Origin: Eledone cirrhosa
Taxonomy: Eukaryota
Assembly: GCA_964016885.1 (NCBI GenBank)
Contig: CAXHJY010001360.1
Coordinates: 1 to 50,547, forward strand
DNA: 50,547 bases
Reading direction: 5' to 3'
Below are positions 35,190 through 46,001 of this stretch, piece by piece (within the stretch, counting starts at the first letter, position 1; the number at the start of each line of letters is the position of its first letter). Position numbers and translations under genes: made by a program. The notes below the pieces were generated by a model that worked only from the letters and a program-made list of their open reading frames with translations, ran no database searches and was not told where the DNA came from.

Positions 35190-35700
35190 ATTATAGTAAA
35201 TATAGGTTTCAAGGAACATAGAATATTAAATTGCATCTAGATCATAATATGTGTTTACATAGTAGTTTCAGTATTAGGAAATGTAAGAAAGAAAGCAAAA
35301 TTATGCATTTTAATATAAGTAGACTATTAATTATAGGTTAACTAAATTAAAAATAGTTAATATATTGATTTCTAAGGTGTATACTACTTAGGTTTATAAT
35401 CTTTGAAGCGGAATTTTGAAGTTAAACAGTAGTAGAGTATTAATTATAGCATAACTAAATTAAAAATATTAACATTATGGTATCAATATTAGGAAATGAA
35501 TTTAGTAATAGGGAAAAAAACAAAACAAGTATTTCATCGGTAGTAGAATATAAATTATAGGTTAACTAAATTAAAAATTATATATTAATTTCTATAGTAT
35601 ATGTTAATTAGGTTTATAATAATTAAAACAGATTTTGTATTTTATCTATAGTAAAATATGATTATAGGTTAATAAAAAATAAAAATTAATATATATATTG
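35190..35700. repeat. Degenerate AT-rich tandem repeat, ~110-bp unit with ~220-bp dimer structure
   Basis: agtaga.tat..attatag..taactaaattaaaaat recurs at ~35318, 35431, 35542 and 35650. Confidence 0.65.
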
Positions 35701-35799
35701 TGACTTTGGACATCCTGCAGGACTAAAAACAAGACCTGTCAAAGGGCAAAGGAGCTCTTAAGAGTCAATGGCCATCCAAAATCACCGGGAGAGATGACC

Positions 35800-36195
35800 C
35801 TTTAGCCTTTGTCAAGGCAGAATTCTAGGAGAAGGAAAACTCTGATATAACACCTGCAACTCTGATGGTATCCAATGATGTTGACTTGTTCTTCTTTTTG
35901 GTAAATATCATCTTGGTTAAGAGAGTGGGACTGGCTTTGTGCAGTGCCTTTGCTCACTATAAAAGCTTCACGGCACAGGCATTGCTTTATATCTGGAGAT
36001 CTCTCTGCACTTGTCGTCACAGGGTACCATGGGCCCAGCACTATGTGTCAATATTTGTCACAAGTGTAGTGTTTGTACCAGAGTTTTCAAGTTGCTGGAT
36101 GGACTAAAAAGTCACACTCGTTCAGCGCATCGGTAGGGGTTCTCCTATATGGATATAAAGTAGTGGCCGTACTCGAAAACGAGTTGGCAGCCACC
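35800..36195 (+). mobile_element. Degenerate 3' end of an RTE/BovB-like LINE with C-terminal C2H2 finger
   Basis: 36056-36136 translates CHKCSVCTRVFKLLDGLKSHTRSAHR*; short 3' UTR hairpin ACTCG-aaaa-CGAGT, then (TA)n; 5' limit uncertain. Confidence 0.6.
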
Positions 36196-36235
<40 letters not shown>

Positions 36236-36262
36236 TTAATTGTAAAGAATATATTAATTAGG

Positions 36263-36588
36263 TATATATGTTGGTATGTATATTAAATTTGATAGTTTGT
36301 ATAATTTTGTATAATCTTGTACATAGATCTGTTAAATATGCATGCCAATTCTAACACATATATGTCCTAGAAACGATCGTTAAATAATGAACTTTTTTTG
36401 TTTAATATAAGGAACTGTTTCATTGTTTTATTCATTATTTTTTAAATATTTTATCTTGACTCTGTATTCCGTTTATCTTTCACCGAAAGTGATTTTTGAA
36501 TGCATCTCTTCTTTCCATGATATCCGGATTACATTGAGTTCTTCATACGGATTGGACACTACCGTAAACTCTTGGTAGATTTATCTAC
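36263..36588 (+). mobile_element. Family B pLTR-like copy starting inside HHR stem II
   Basis: Reverse-complement match to 15544-15870; ends with hairpin GTAGAT-tt-ATCTAC, then (AT)n. Confidence 0.8.
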
Positions 36589-36598
36589 ATATATATAT

Positions 36599-36861
<263 letters not shown>

Positions 36862-36896
36862 TATATATATATAAATATATATATATAAATATATAG

Positions 36897-37366
36897 AACA
36901 CGTGCAACCCTGTAGTTAGTACTAACTGTAATTGTAGGAATCGTGCTGATTGCCCCTATCCGGGAAATGCCTCTCTAGTAACATTGTCTACAAATGTAAG
37001 GTTGTAACACCCATGTCCCGTAGGGCCTACATAGGATTAACCGCCAATAGTTTCAAGCAGCGTCTTTATATGCATACCCATTCTTTTCGTTACCCTCTAA
37101 GAAGGAATATGACGTCACTTACAGCTTATATCTGGAGTCTAAAAGACAACCACACCCAATATAAGTTACACTGGGAGATCCTAGCTAGGTCTAGATCGTA
37201 TAACGGAAATAAAAAACCATGTGACCTCTGCGCCGCTGAGGCCCTGGAAATACTCTACGCCACAGACCACATCTTAAACAAAAAATCTGAGGCAATTTCG
37301 GCTTGTAAACATAAATTGCACAAAACTTTCCTGTATTACAGCCCCACGTTATACCCTAACAGATAA
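36897..37366 (+). pseudogene. Penelope (Neptune-like) GIY-YIG endonuclease domain, frameshifted near 36955
   Basis: [10 protein letters not shown] / LSGKCLSSNIVYKCKV...AYIGLTANSFKQRLYMHTHSF...TSLTAYIWSLK...CDLCAAEALEI...ILNKKSEAISACKH. Confidence 0.85.
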
Positions 37367-38294
37367 CACGATCTATACGTGGATATTTTACGTCTTGATG
37401 TGGGAGCTAAGTATATGTTTTGTTTATTCCTTTACTTATTTGCATAGGTAAGTATATATTACCCGTATGTTTTGTGAAGGTATGTATACCTTCTCGTACG
37501 TATATTTGACTGTTATGGCGTATAATTTTGACATATTCTGGTATTTAGGGTTTGGCTATGTGTATACGGGAGTTTTGCGTCTGCGTGAGTATGCAGGTTC
37601 GTACGTATGGCGGGTGTGTGTATATGTGTACTTCTTGTTTTAGTTGACTTACGTCTCCGAACATTCGTGGATTTATTTGTAGGTATGTGCGTACGCTTGT
37701 TATATACGTATTTATTTACTTATATACGTTTATATAATTATTTATTTATTTCTATACAAGCATACACACACACACATATTTATATGTGCGTGGTGTTGTA
37801 TACCTATGGTAAGGTTTTGCGCATGCTTGTGTATGTACGTATCTGTTTGCGTGTATGTATTTATTTGTTTCTATTACTTCTGTATTGTATTTATTTACTT
37901 TGTCCTTAACTCTGTAGCGGAGATTCATTTGGTTTCCTAGTTAGAATTTTAGTCTACAACTTCTGCTATAACATTTACGTGGTTTTGTCTTTGAGTGCTA
38001 TTGTTCTCCACGCTCCACATATGACTTATTATTTTTGTTTTTTCGTTCATTGCCAGAGAACGTCTCTATACACCACCTAAGAGAACATTAGTCTACGACC
38101 TCTTTTATACCATAAACGTGGTTCTGTATTTGCGCGTAATTGTTTTTCACCGCTCCTATTAATGACGTATTATTCGTTTTTTCCCGTTCTTTGCCAGCGA
38201 ACGTTTCCACGAACCAAAGTATCGTCTTCCTGTCTTCCTCCGGTTGCAACGTTTTTTGAAATATCCAGTTCTGCGTTTACAGATTGACTTTGTT

Positions 38295-38345
38295 AGTTTC
38301 AGAAGATCCCGTTAAGGGTGAAAGCAGCGATTCTTTGCTTAAACT
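38295..38345 (+). ncRNA. Type-I HHR with mutated core (CAGAAGA)
   Basis: AGTTT-CAGAAGA-tCCC(gttaa)GGGt-GAAA-GCA(gcgattctt)TGC-TT-AAACT. Confidence 0.6.
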
Positions 38346-38365
38346 TTAATCTGTTATTTTAAGAA

Positions 38366-38402
<37 letters not shown>

Positions 38403-38413
38403 TATATATATAT

Positions 38414-41400
38414 ATCATCATCATCATCATCATCAACGTTTAACGTCCGTGTTCCACGCTTGCATGGGTTTGGACGGGGGTAGTCCCACTTGAGGCAAGA
38501 GTGATTTTCTTGCTCGCATAGGACTGTCTGGCAGGTTTTCTACAGTTGGATGCCCTTCCTAACACCAACCACATTTACAGTGTGGGTCTGGGAGGTTTTT
38601 ACCGTGTTGCCTACACGGCCACATTACAGCGTGGACTGTGTGTTTTTTTGTCGTGACACCTACACGATCTCATTTGTTTCGGCCTGGATGGCGCGGCACC
38701 AACATAACTTTACATAGAACGGGATGGTGTGGATGGGGTGGGGGGTTGTGGTGGTGGGACGGGGTCTATTTTGTTAGAGATGCCTACTGGCAAGGCGGGT
38801 CTTCTCTATTACTGAGTACCGCCAAAGGTCTCGGTCCAGTGACATTGTCTTGGTGAGGTGTAAGTGTGTGAGGTCGGTGTTTATCAGCTCGTCCCAGGTT
38901 TTTCTGGGTCTGCCTATTCCGTGGCTACCGTCTATCTCTATTGCCCTGCACTTTGTTATACAGCTATCATCCTTCATGCGCATCACGTGACCATACCAAC
39001 GTAACCTTCTCTCTAGTAAACAACATCTGATGCCTCTTATTTCTAATTTTTTCCTTAGTTCGTTTATGCTTTGTCGTTCACGTATATTACTATTACACAT
39101 CCAGCGGAGCATGCAAGCTTCGTTTCTCTCTAGTCTCCGTATATCCTCTGCACACAATGCCCAGGTCTCACTGCCATGCAACATTGCTGTTCGTATGCAG
39201 GCATCGTACAGCCTGCCTTTCATTTTTAGGGAGAACCCTTTAGCGGCTAATAGTGGTATAAGCTCTCTGAACTTTTTCCACCCAGTTCTGACTCTAGCTA
39301 CTGTACTTTCAGAGCACCCTCCCCCACTGCTGATTTTGTCACCCAGGTAACGGAAGCTGTCCACTATTTCTATAGAACCCTCTGCGCAGTTGAAAGAGCT
39401 AGTATTTTGTGGGCACTTGCTGCTACTTATATCCCCAGAACACCGGCCACATGTAAAATCTATGTTCTTAGTTAGCTTACCTGTGATCCCACTACATCTT
39501 TTATGCACCCAAACTTTGCATTTGGGACACAAAATGGAATTTCTACCTACGCCTTTCCTACACTCCGCGCATGGCCACTTCCCGGAGGGGACCGCCGCCT
39601 TATTTTCTTTCTTACAAACTAGAACTTTAGTCTTAGCTAGGTTAATTTTAAGGCCTTTTGATTCTAGGCCGTGCTTCCATGTTTGGAATTTCTTCTCTAG
39701 CTCGGCCATTGATTCAGCTATGAGCGTTAGATCATCTGCGTATAGGAGTTCCCATGGGCAGCCGGTCTTGAACTCCACTGTTATAGCCTGGAGGGCAATA
39801 ATAAATAGTAGGGGGCCAAGAACAGAGCCCTGATGAACACCAACTTTTACACTAAACTCTTCACTATATTTGTTGTTAATTCTAACCTTGCTAACTGTTT
39901 CTTTATACATGGCTTGTATAGCTCTCACAAGCCATTCATCAACACCTAGTTTTCTAAGAGCCCACCAGATAATGGAACGGGGGAAAGCTAAGTATAGGGG
40001 TTTACTTTTAGCTAGGTACTTCTCCTGTAGTTGTCGTACAATGAAAAGAGCGTCTGTGGTACTTTTTCCTGACACAAACCCGAACTGCATTTCATCTAGG
40101 TCAATTCGCTCTATGATTAGTTGCGCTATAACTTTTTCCGTGACCTTCATGACCTGGTCGATTAATTTAATGCCTCTATAGTTACTCCTATCTAGGGCAT
40201 CTCCTTTACCCTTATAACAGTTAACGATAATGCTGCTGCGCCAGTCCTTCGGAACAACCCCATTCTGTATGACTTGGTTGACTATCCGGGTGACCATGGT
40301 GTGTCCCACCGTACCAGATGCCTTCAGCATCTCGGCAACTATTTCCGAAGGCCCAGCCGCCTTGCCTGTCTTCATATCTTTGATTGCCTTACTTATTATA
40401 CTACCCTCGACTAACACTGCTGGTCCCTCTATTGGGTCGATGTGGGGGAGACTGTCTTTCTCCCATTTATTCTCCTCATTTAGTAGCCTTTCATAGTGAC
40501 ACTTCCAAGCTACCTTCTTATCGGCGTCGGTGATGGCAAGTATGCCGTCATCGTTAAGTACACACTTCTCCCCGACAATATCACTGTTTTCCTTGACACA
40601 TTGCCTAGCAATCCTGAACACCTCACGTTTTTGGTCATCGCGTTGCAGAACATGCTTGAACTTTCTTTCCTCTGCTTCCCTTCTTGCGAAGTACACTTGT
40701 CTCCTAGCTTCCCTCCTGGCCACTTGATAGTCTTCTCTGCTTCCCCCATCCCGCCATACTTTCCAAGCCTGCTTTTTGGCCTTAATTGACCCCTCCACCT
40801 TACTGTTCCACCACCATGTTACTCTCCTCCTGCCTACAGGCCTGCTCCAGCCACAGACTTCGTCTGCCGCTGTCAGCAGGTTTGCTTTCAGGAATTCCCA
40901 CTGTTCCTCTACCTTGTACGTCTCTAATTGCTCTTCCTCACTGTCGAAAGCATCAAGTAATATGCTTTGGAATTTATTTTTGGCTGTGGGGTCCTTTAGC
41001 TTCCATATTTTTCTCCTGAGGATAGTCCTCTTCTGTTGTCTAGTACGTCTCGTCCTGACTATTAGGTCGCTAATTATCAGTCTATGTTGGGAAGTGCATT
41101 CTTCATGGGGCAGGGATTTAGTGTTTACGACAGTCACTTTGTCACGTCTTCTGGTAAGGATATAATCTACCTGGCTAGTATGTTCCCCTGATCTGTAGGT
41201 GATCAAGTGATTGTCTCGTTTTTTGAAGTTAGTGTTGCAGATAGTTAGGTTATTTGCGTCGCAGAATTCCATGATTCTCGAGCCTTCCTCATTTCTAGTA
41301 CCAAACCCATAGCCTCCATGGATTTCGTCGTAGCCGTCACAATGTTGTCCAACGTGACCGTTTAGGTCGCCTGCAATAATTATATAGTCACTGTCGGTTA

Positions 41401-41952
41401 TTTGGGAGGTAGTGAGCATCAGTGTCTCATAGAATCTGTCTTTTATGGTGCCGGGCAGTCCGGATTGGGGTGCGTACGCGGATATTACTGTCACCGTAGT
41501 TCTATTGAGGACAAGTCTTATTTTAATTATTCTGTCGTTCACTCTATTTACGTCTATTATCTTATCTGCCGACTTTTCTGCTACCATGATTCCTACTCCA
41601 CCCAGCCCATTGTCGTTTCCCACCCAGAAAAGCTTATAGCATCGTTTTCTACCCACAATGTATCTAGCAGATCCACCCCTCCACCTGGTCTCTTGGATAC
41701 AACAAACTTCGACCTCCTTACGTTCAAGCATTTCTACAACCTCGTTAGAGCGACCCTTTAAGGTGCCTACATTCAAGGTACCAAATCTGAAGTTTTGGAT
41801 TGCGTTTGGGGGGTTGGAAAGGTGGGGAACGGGGGGAGATGGGGTTATGTTAGCCATCCGCGGCCGAAACAAAGAGGCATGCTCGCATTTTCGTCCTCGA
41901 GGTGTGATTGTCTTTAACTTTGGCATTGTCGCTGAGCTTCCAGATATTTTTT
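38414..41952 (-). mobile_element. RTE-clade LINE subfamily A, copy 3 (5' UTR truncated)
   Basis: (GAT)n tail at 38414-38433, single long ORF, (TA)n on both sides. Confidence 0.93.
38774..41926 (-). CDS. RTE APE-RT protein (1050 aa from MPKLKT); open but lacking [10 protein letters not shown], so probably RT-dead
   Basis: Full EN motifs and YADD are present; LYLAF joins directly to PRSIIWW through a 30-bp in-frame deletion at ~39983. Confidence 0.88.
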   Translation of the reverse strand: MPKLKTITPRGRKCEHASLFRPRMANITPSPPVPHLSNPPNAIQNFRFGTLNVGTLKGRSNEVVEMLERKEVEVCCIQETRWRGGSARYIVGRKRCYKLFWVGNDNGLGGVGIMVAEKSADKIIDVNRVNDRIIKIRLVLNRTTVTVISAYAPQSGLPGTIKDRFYETLMLTTSQITDSDYIIIAGDLNGHVGQHCDGYDEIHGGYGFGTRNEEGSRIMEFCDANNLTICNTNFKKRDNHLITYRSGEHTSQVDYILTRRRDKVTVVNTKSLPHEECTSQHRLIISDLIVRTRRTRQQKRTILRRKIWKLKDPTAKNKFQSILLDAFDSEEEQLETYKVEEQWEFLKANLLTAADEVCGWSRPVGRRRVTWWWNSKVEGSIKAKKQAWKVWRDGGSREDYQVARREARRQVYFARREAEERKFKHVLQRDDQKREVFRIARQCVKENSDIVGEKCVLNDDGILAITDADKKVAWKCHYERLLNEENKWEKDSLPHIDPIEGPAVLVEGSIISKAIKDMKTGKAAGPSEIVAEMLKASGTVGHTMVTRIVNQVIQNGVVPKDWRSSIIVNCYKGKGDALDRSNYRGIKLIDQVMKVTEKVIAQLIIERIDLDEMQFGFVSGKSTTDALFIVRQLQEKYLAKSKPLYLAFPRSIIWWALRKLGVDEWLVRAIQAMYKETVSKVRINNKYSEEFSVKVGVHQGSVLGPLLFIIALQAITVEFKTGCPWELLYADDLTLIAESMAELEKKFQTWKHGLESKGLKINLAKTKVLVCKKENKAAVPSGKWPCAECRKGVGRNSILCPKCKVWVHKRCSGITGKLTKNIDFTCGRCSGDISSSKCPQNTSSFNCAEGSIEIVDSFRYLGDKISSGGGCSESTVARVRTGWKKFRELIPLLAAKGFSLKMKGRLYDACIRTAMLHGSETWALCAEDIRRLERNEACMLRWMCNSNIRERQSINELRKKLEIRGIRCCLLERRLRWYGHVMRMKDDSCITKCRAIEIDGSHGIGRPRKTWDELINTDLTHLHLTKTMSLDRDLWRYSVIEKTRLASRHL

Positions 41953-41961
41953 TATAAATAT

Positions 41962-41993
<32 letters not shown>

Positions 41994-41994
<1 letters not shown>

Positions 41995-42340
41995 TCATCA
42001 TTCATCATCATTTCATTTTACGTCCGCTTTTCCCTGCTTGCAAGGGTGGGACGGGAACTGATTCTGGCTTGATTTCTACAGCTGGATGCCCTTCCTAACA
42101 CCAACCTCATTTACAGTGAGTGCTGGGTGCTTTTTTTGCCGTGGCACCTCCACGACCACTTTGCAGTGGAATGATAGGGACCCCAGTCCCTATCATCTCA
42201 TTTCTACAGCTGAGTAAACTGGAGCAATGTGAAATAAAGTGTCTTGCTCAAGGAAACAACACATCACACGGTCTGAGAATTGAACTCACAACCTTTCGAT
42301 TGCAAGCCCAATGCTCTAACAACCACTAAGACATGTGCCT

Positions 42341-42342
<2 letters not shown>
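41994..42342 (-). mobile_element. Full-length tRNA-derived SINE
   Basis: Head GGAGGCACATGTCTTAGTGG (A box), B box GAGTTCAATTC, same body and tail as 28315-28623. Confidence 0.88.
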
Positions 42343-42374
<32 letters not shown>

Positions 42375-42377
<3 letters not shown>

Positions 42378-42995
42378 GGAAAAATTTGAACAGGGACAAA
42401 ACAGAGAGGCAGTACAATGAATGTTTATTAATTTCACGCTCTGGAGAGTGGGGTGTTGGTGGGGGACGACGTTTCGGGCATAAGCCCTTCCTCAGGTGAG
42501 AAGTGTGTGGGAACAGAGTTCAAAGTGTGTGTAGGGGAGTGGTGGAGAGACATATGGCGAAAGGAAACGGTGCGAATGAAAAATAAAGATAAAAATAAAA
42601 ATAAAGCATGATCAAAATACAAGGAATGAAATAAATTTAAATATAAAAGCATGATCAAAATAAACTGAAATTAAAAGGGGGGTAAAACAGGTGGTGGAAG
42701 GGTGTGTAGGGGTGGTGGCGGGTGGAGTGGGGAGAGGGAGACGGGGTGTCCGAGCGGGGAGAGCTGAAGGTGGTGTGTGTGTGTACGTGTATGTGTGTGT
42801 GTGTGTGTGTGTATGTGAAAGTAAGGGTTGGGGGAAGAATGGGGTTGAGGTTCATTCGCTCCTTAAGGATTTTAATGCTGTAATACTAAAAAGAGTTTTT
42901 ATTTCAACCACGAATCGAAATCGATCGGCGAATTCAGCCTGTCATAAGCTACGTCTTACCATATTCATAATTTTTAATATTTCTCGATTGTAAAT
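42375..42995 (-). mobile_element. Penelope-like 3' end (pLTR) fragment
   Basis: On the minus strand: C/A-rich UTR, HHR core, AATAAA, then (TA)n. Confidence 0.5.
42466..42500 (-). ncRNA. Minimal HHR core
   Basis: ctcac-CTGAGGA-A-GGGC(ttat)GCCC-GAAAC-GTC-gt; stem I has only 2 bp locally. Confidence 0.6.
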
Positions 42996-43668
<673 letters not shown>

Positions 43669-43693
43669 TAGTAATAATAATAAAATTGAAGAC

Positions 43694-43719
43694 TGCTTAA
43701 ACTTTAATCTGTTATTTTA

Positions 43720-43722
<3 letters not shown>
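43694..43722 (+). mobile_element. Micro-copy of the Penelope 3' terminus at 38336-38365
   Basis: tgcttaaactttaatctgttattttaa is identical in both places. Confidence 0.6.
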
Positions 43723-43758
<36 letters not shown>

Positions 43759-43798
43759 AATATATATATATATATATATAAATATATATATATCTATA

Positions 43799-44098
43799 TA
43801 TAAAGAAAAAGAGATGAAATCGAAAATGGAACTGGAGTCTTATTTTTTTAAAAATATATATATTTATTTGGTTCGTTTACCGGTTTCGCAGTTCTTCTGC
43901 TTTTCAAAAGGTGAGTTGAGATGGAGGGTCTGTGGTTTTTGTCACATCAGATGTAAAGGAACCAAATAAATATATATATTTAAAAAAAAATAAGACTCCA
44001 GTTGCATTTTCGATTTCATCTCTTTTTCTTTATACTTTCACTCGTGTAGGACACCTCGGTTATTTTTCATTTTGTACAAAAAACCTCACTTTCTAATA

Positions 44099-44100
<2 letters not shown>
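43799..44100. mobile_element. Inverted-repeat element (arms 43799-43880 and 43953-44034) with decayed HHR at 43873-43911 (-)
   Basis: Minus strand cctt-TTGAAAA-GCAG(aagaa)CTGC-GAAAC-CG-GTA-aacg; the right arm starts GTA-AAGG, which restores stem I. Confidence 0.68.
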
Positions 44101-44130
<30 letters not shown>

Positions 44131-44220
44131 AATATATATATATCTCTATATATATATATATATAAATATATATATATCTCTATATATATATATATATATC
44201 TATATATAAATATCTATATA

Positions 44221-44258
<38 letters not shown>

Positions 44259-44279
44259 TATATATATATAAATATAAAT

Positions 44280-44359
<80 letters not shown>

Positions 44360-44370
44360 GTGAAATATAT

Positions 44371-44444
44371 ATATGCCCCCACACCTCCCACCGCAAGGTG
44401 GTCGTGGAGGTGCCACGGCAAAAAAGCACCCAGCCCACACTGTA
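44371..44444 (+). mobile_element. Tail-less internal fragment of the RTE-B 3' UTR
   Basis: Matches ~34217-34292 and the reverse complement of ~46220-46294. Confidence 0.75.
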
Positions 44445-44491
44445 TATATATATGTAAATATATAAATATATATATATATATATATATGTAA

Positions 44492-44528
<37 letters not shown>

Positions 44529-44529
44529 A

Positions 44530-44566
<37 letters not shown>

Positions 44567-44626
44567 AATATATAAATATATATATATGTAAATATATATA
44601 TATATATAAATATATATATATATATG

Positions 44627-45378
44627 ATTAAGTTAAAAATGTACATCCACATATGTATACTGAAATACTAGTATGCATATGAATACACACACGTGTACAT
44701 ATGTAGATGTACCGAGTTTTCACTGGTCACTTTACTGTGAGTGTCCAGCTATTCTGTATGTAAACACACAGACAAACCGGTTTTTAGAGTCATACTGGTT
44801 TTTGAGGAAACACCTTTCCTCTATTCTCCAGAAAGCCAGACAAGGAATATTGGACTAGTTTCGATGAGTTACAAACGAAACGAAATTTAATTTCGTTTCG
44901 TTATTTGTTTTTATCGTCTCCGTTGAACCGGTACGTACTCACGCTCTATGCAAATTGGTCTGCCCACTACTAATTTTCATAGAAAAAGCATATAGCGATA
45001 TGTGCTTTCACGATTCTCTAGAGAGGCCGGAAGATAGGTAAATATTGCTGATAAGATGTAACAACATCGAAACTAGTCCAATATTCCTTGTCTGGCTTTC
45101 TGGAGAATAGAGGAAAGGTGTTTCCTCAAAAACCAGTATGACTCTAAAAACCGGTTTGTCTGTGTGTTTACATACAGAATAGCTGGACACTCACAGTAAA
45201 GTGACCAGTGAAAACTCGGTACATCTACATATGTACACGTGTGTGTATTCATATGCATACTAGTATTTCAGTATACATATGTGGATGTACATTTTTAACT
45301 TAATTGTTTAAGCGTCAGTCATACAAAAGTGAGTTACAAACGAAACGAAATTTAATTTCGTTTCGTTATTTGTTTTTA
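44627..45378. mobile_element. Retrozyme/pLTR-like element: inverted 240-bp arm (44627-44866) plus a 465-nt monomer with ~50-bp terminal direct repeat
   Basis: 44627-44866 is the reverse complement of 45065-45304; tgagttacaaacgaaacgaaatttaatttcgtttcgttatttgtttttat occurs at 44865 and 45330. Confidence 0.8.
45041..45085 (+). ncRNA. Minimal type-I hammerhead ribozyme (core CUGAUAA)
   Basis: AATATTG-CTGATAA-GATGT(aaca)ACATC-GAAAC-TA-GTC-CAATATT; perfect 7-bp stem I and a GUC cleavage triplet. Confidence 0.78.
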
Positions 45379-45423
45379 TATATATATGTAAATATATATA
45401 TGTAAATATATATATGTAAATAT

Positions 45424-45456
<33 letters not shown>

Positions 45457-45520
45457 AATATATATATATATGTAAATATATATATACATATATAGAAATA
45501 TATATATATATATTTATATT

Positions 45521-45575
<55 letters not shown>

Positions 45576-45594
45576 ATTATATATATACATACAT

Positions 45595-45927
45595 ACATGG
45601 CTTAGTGGTTAGAGCATTGGCCTTGCAATCGAAAGGTTGTGAGTTCAATTCTCAGACCGGGTGATGTGTTGTTTCCTTGAGTAAGACATTTTATTTCACA
45701 TTGCTCCAGTTTACTCAGCTGTAGAAATGAGATGATAGGGACTGGGTTTCTTATCATTCCACTGCAAAGTGGACGTGGAGGTGCCACGGCAAAAAAAGCA
45801 CCCAGAAAAGCACTCACTGTAAATGAGGTTGGTGTTAGGAAGGGCATCCAGCTGTAGAAATCAAGCCAAAATCAGTTCCCTACCCACCCTTGCAAGCAGG
45901 GAAAAGTGGACGTGAAATGATGATGAT
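45595..45927 (+). mobile_element. Near full-length tRNA-derived SINE
   Basis: A box TGGCTTAGTGG, B box GAGTTCAATTC, RTE-type tail with (GAT)n. Confidence 0.88.
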
Positions 45928-45941
45928 ATATATATATAGAA

Positions 45942-45972
<31 letters not shown>

Positions 45973-46001
45973 AATATATATATATATATAGAAATGTATA
46001 T

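Larger units (their letters stand above)
36896..38365 (+). mobile_element. 5'-truncated Penelope-like element (GIY-YIG end, long TG-rich 3' UTR, HHR)
   Basis: GIY-YIG remnant followed by ~930 nt of UTR and an HHR fold, with (TA)n on both sides. Confidence 0.8.

Noticed and set aside
41927-42001. N-terminal 25 aa of the 1075-aa ORF
   Set aside because: Largely derived from the adjacent SINE (GAT)n tail and (TA)n, plus a few codons of truncated RTE leader; not a credible part of the protein
43799-45304. MITE or DNA-transposon interpretation of the inverted repeats
   Set aside because: The arms are asymmetric, not terminal, and contain HHR parts; a retroelement fold-back origin fits better, though TA target duplications cannot be excluded inside (TA)n
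45595-45665. tRNA gene
   Set aside because: A and B boxes are present but there is no acceptor stem and the sequence runs into the SINE body; it is a SINE head
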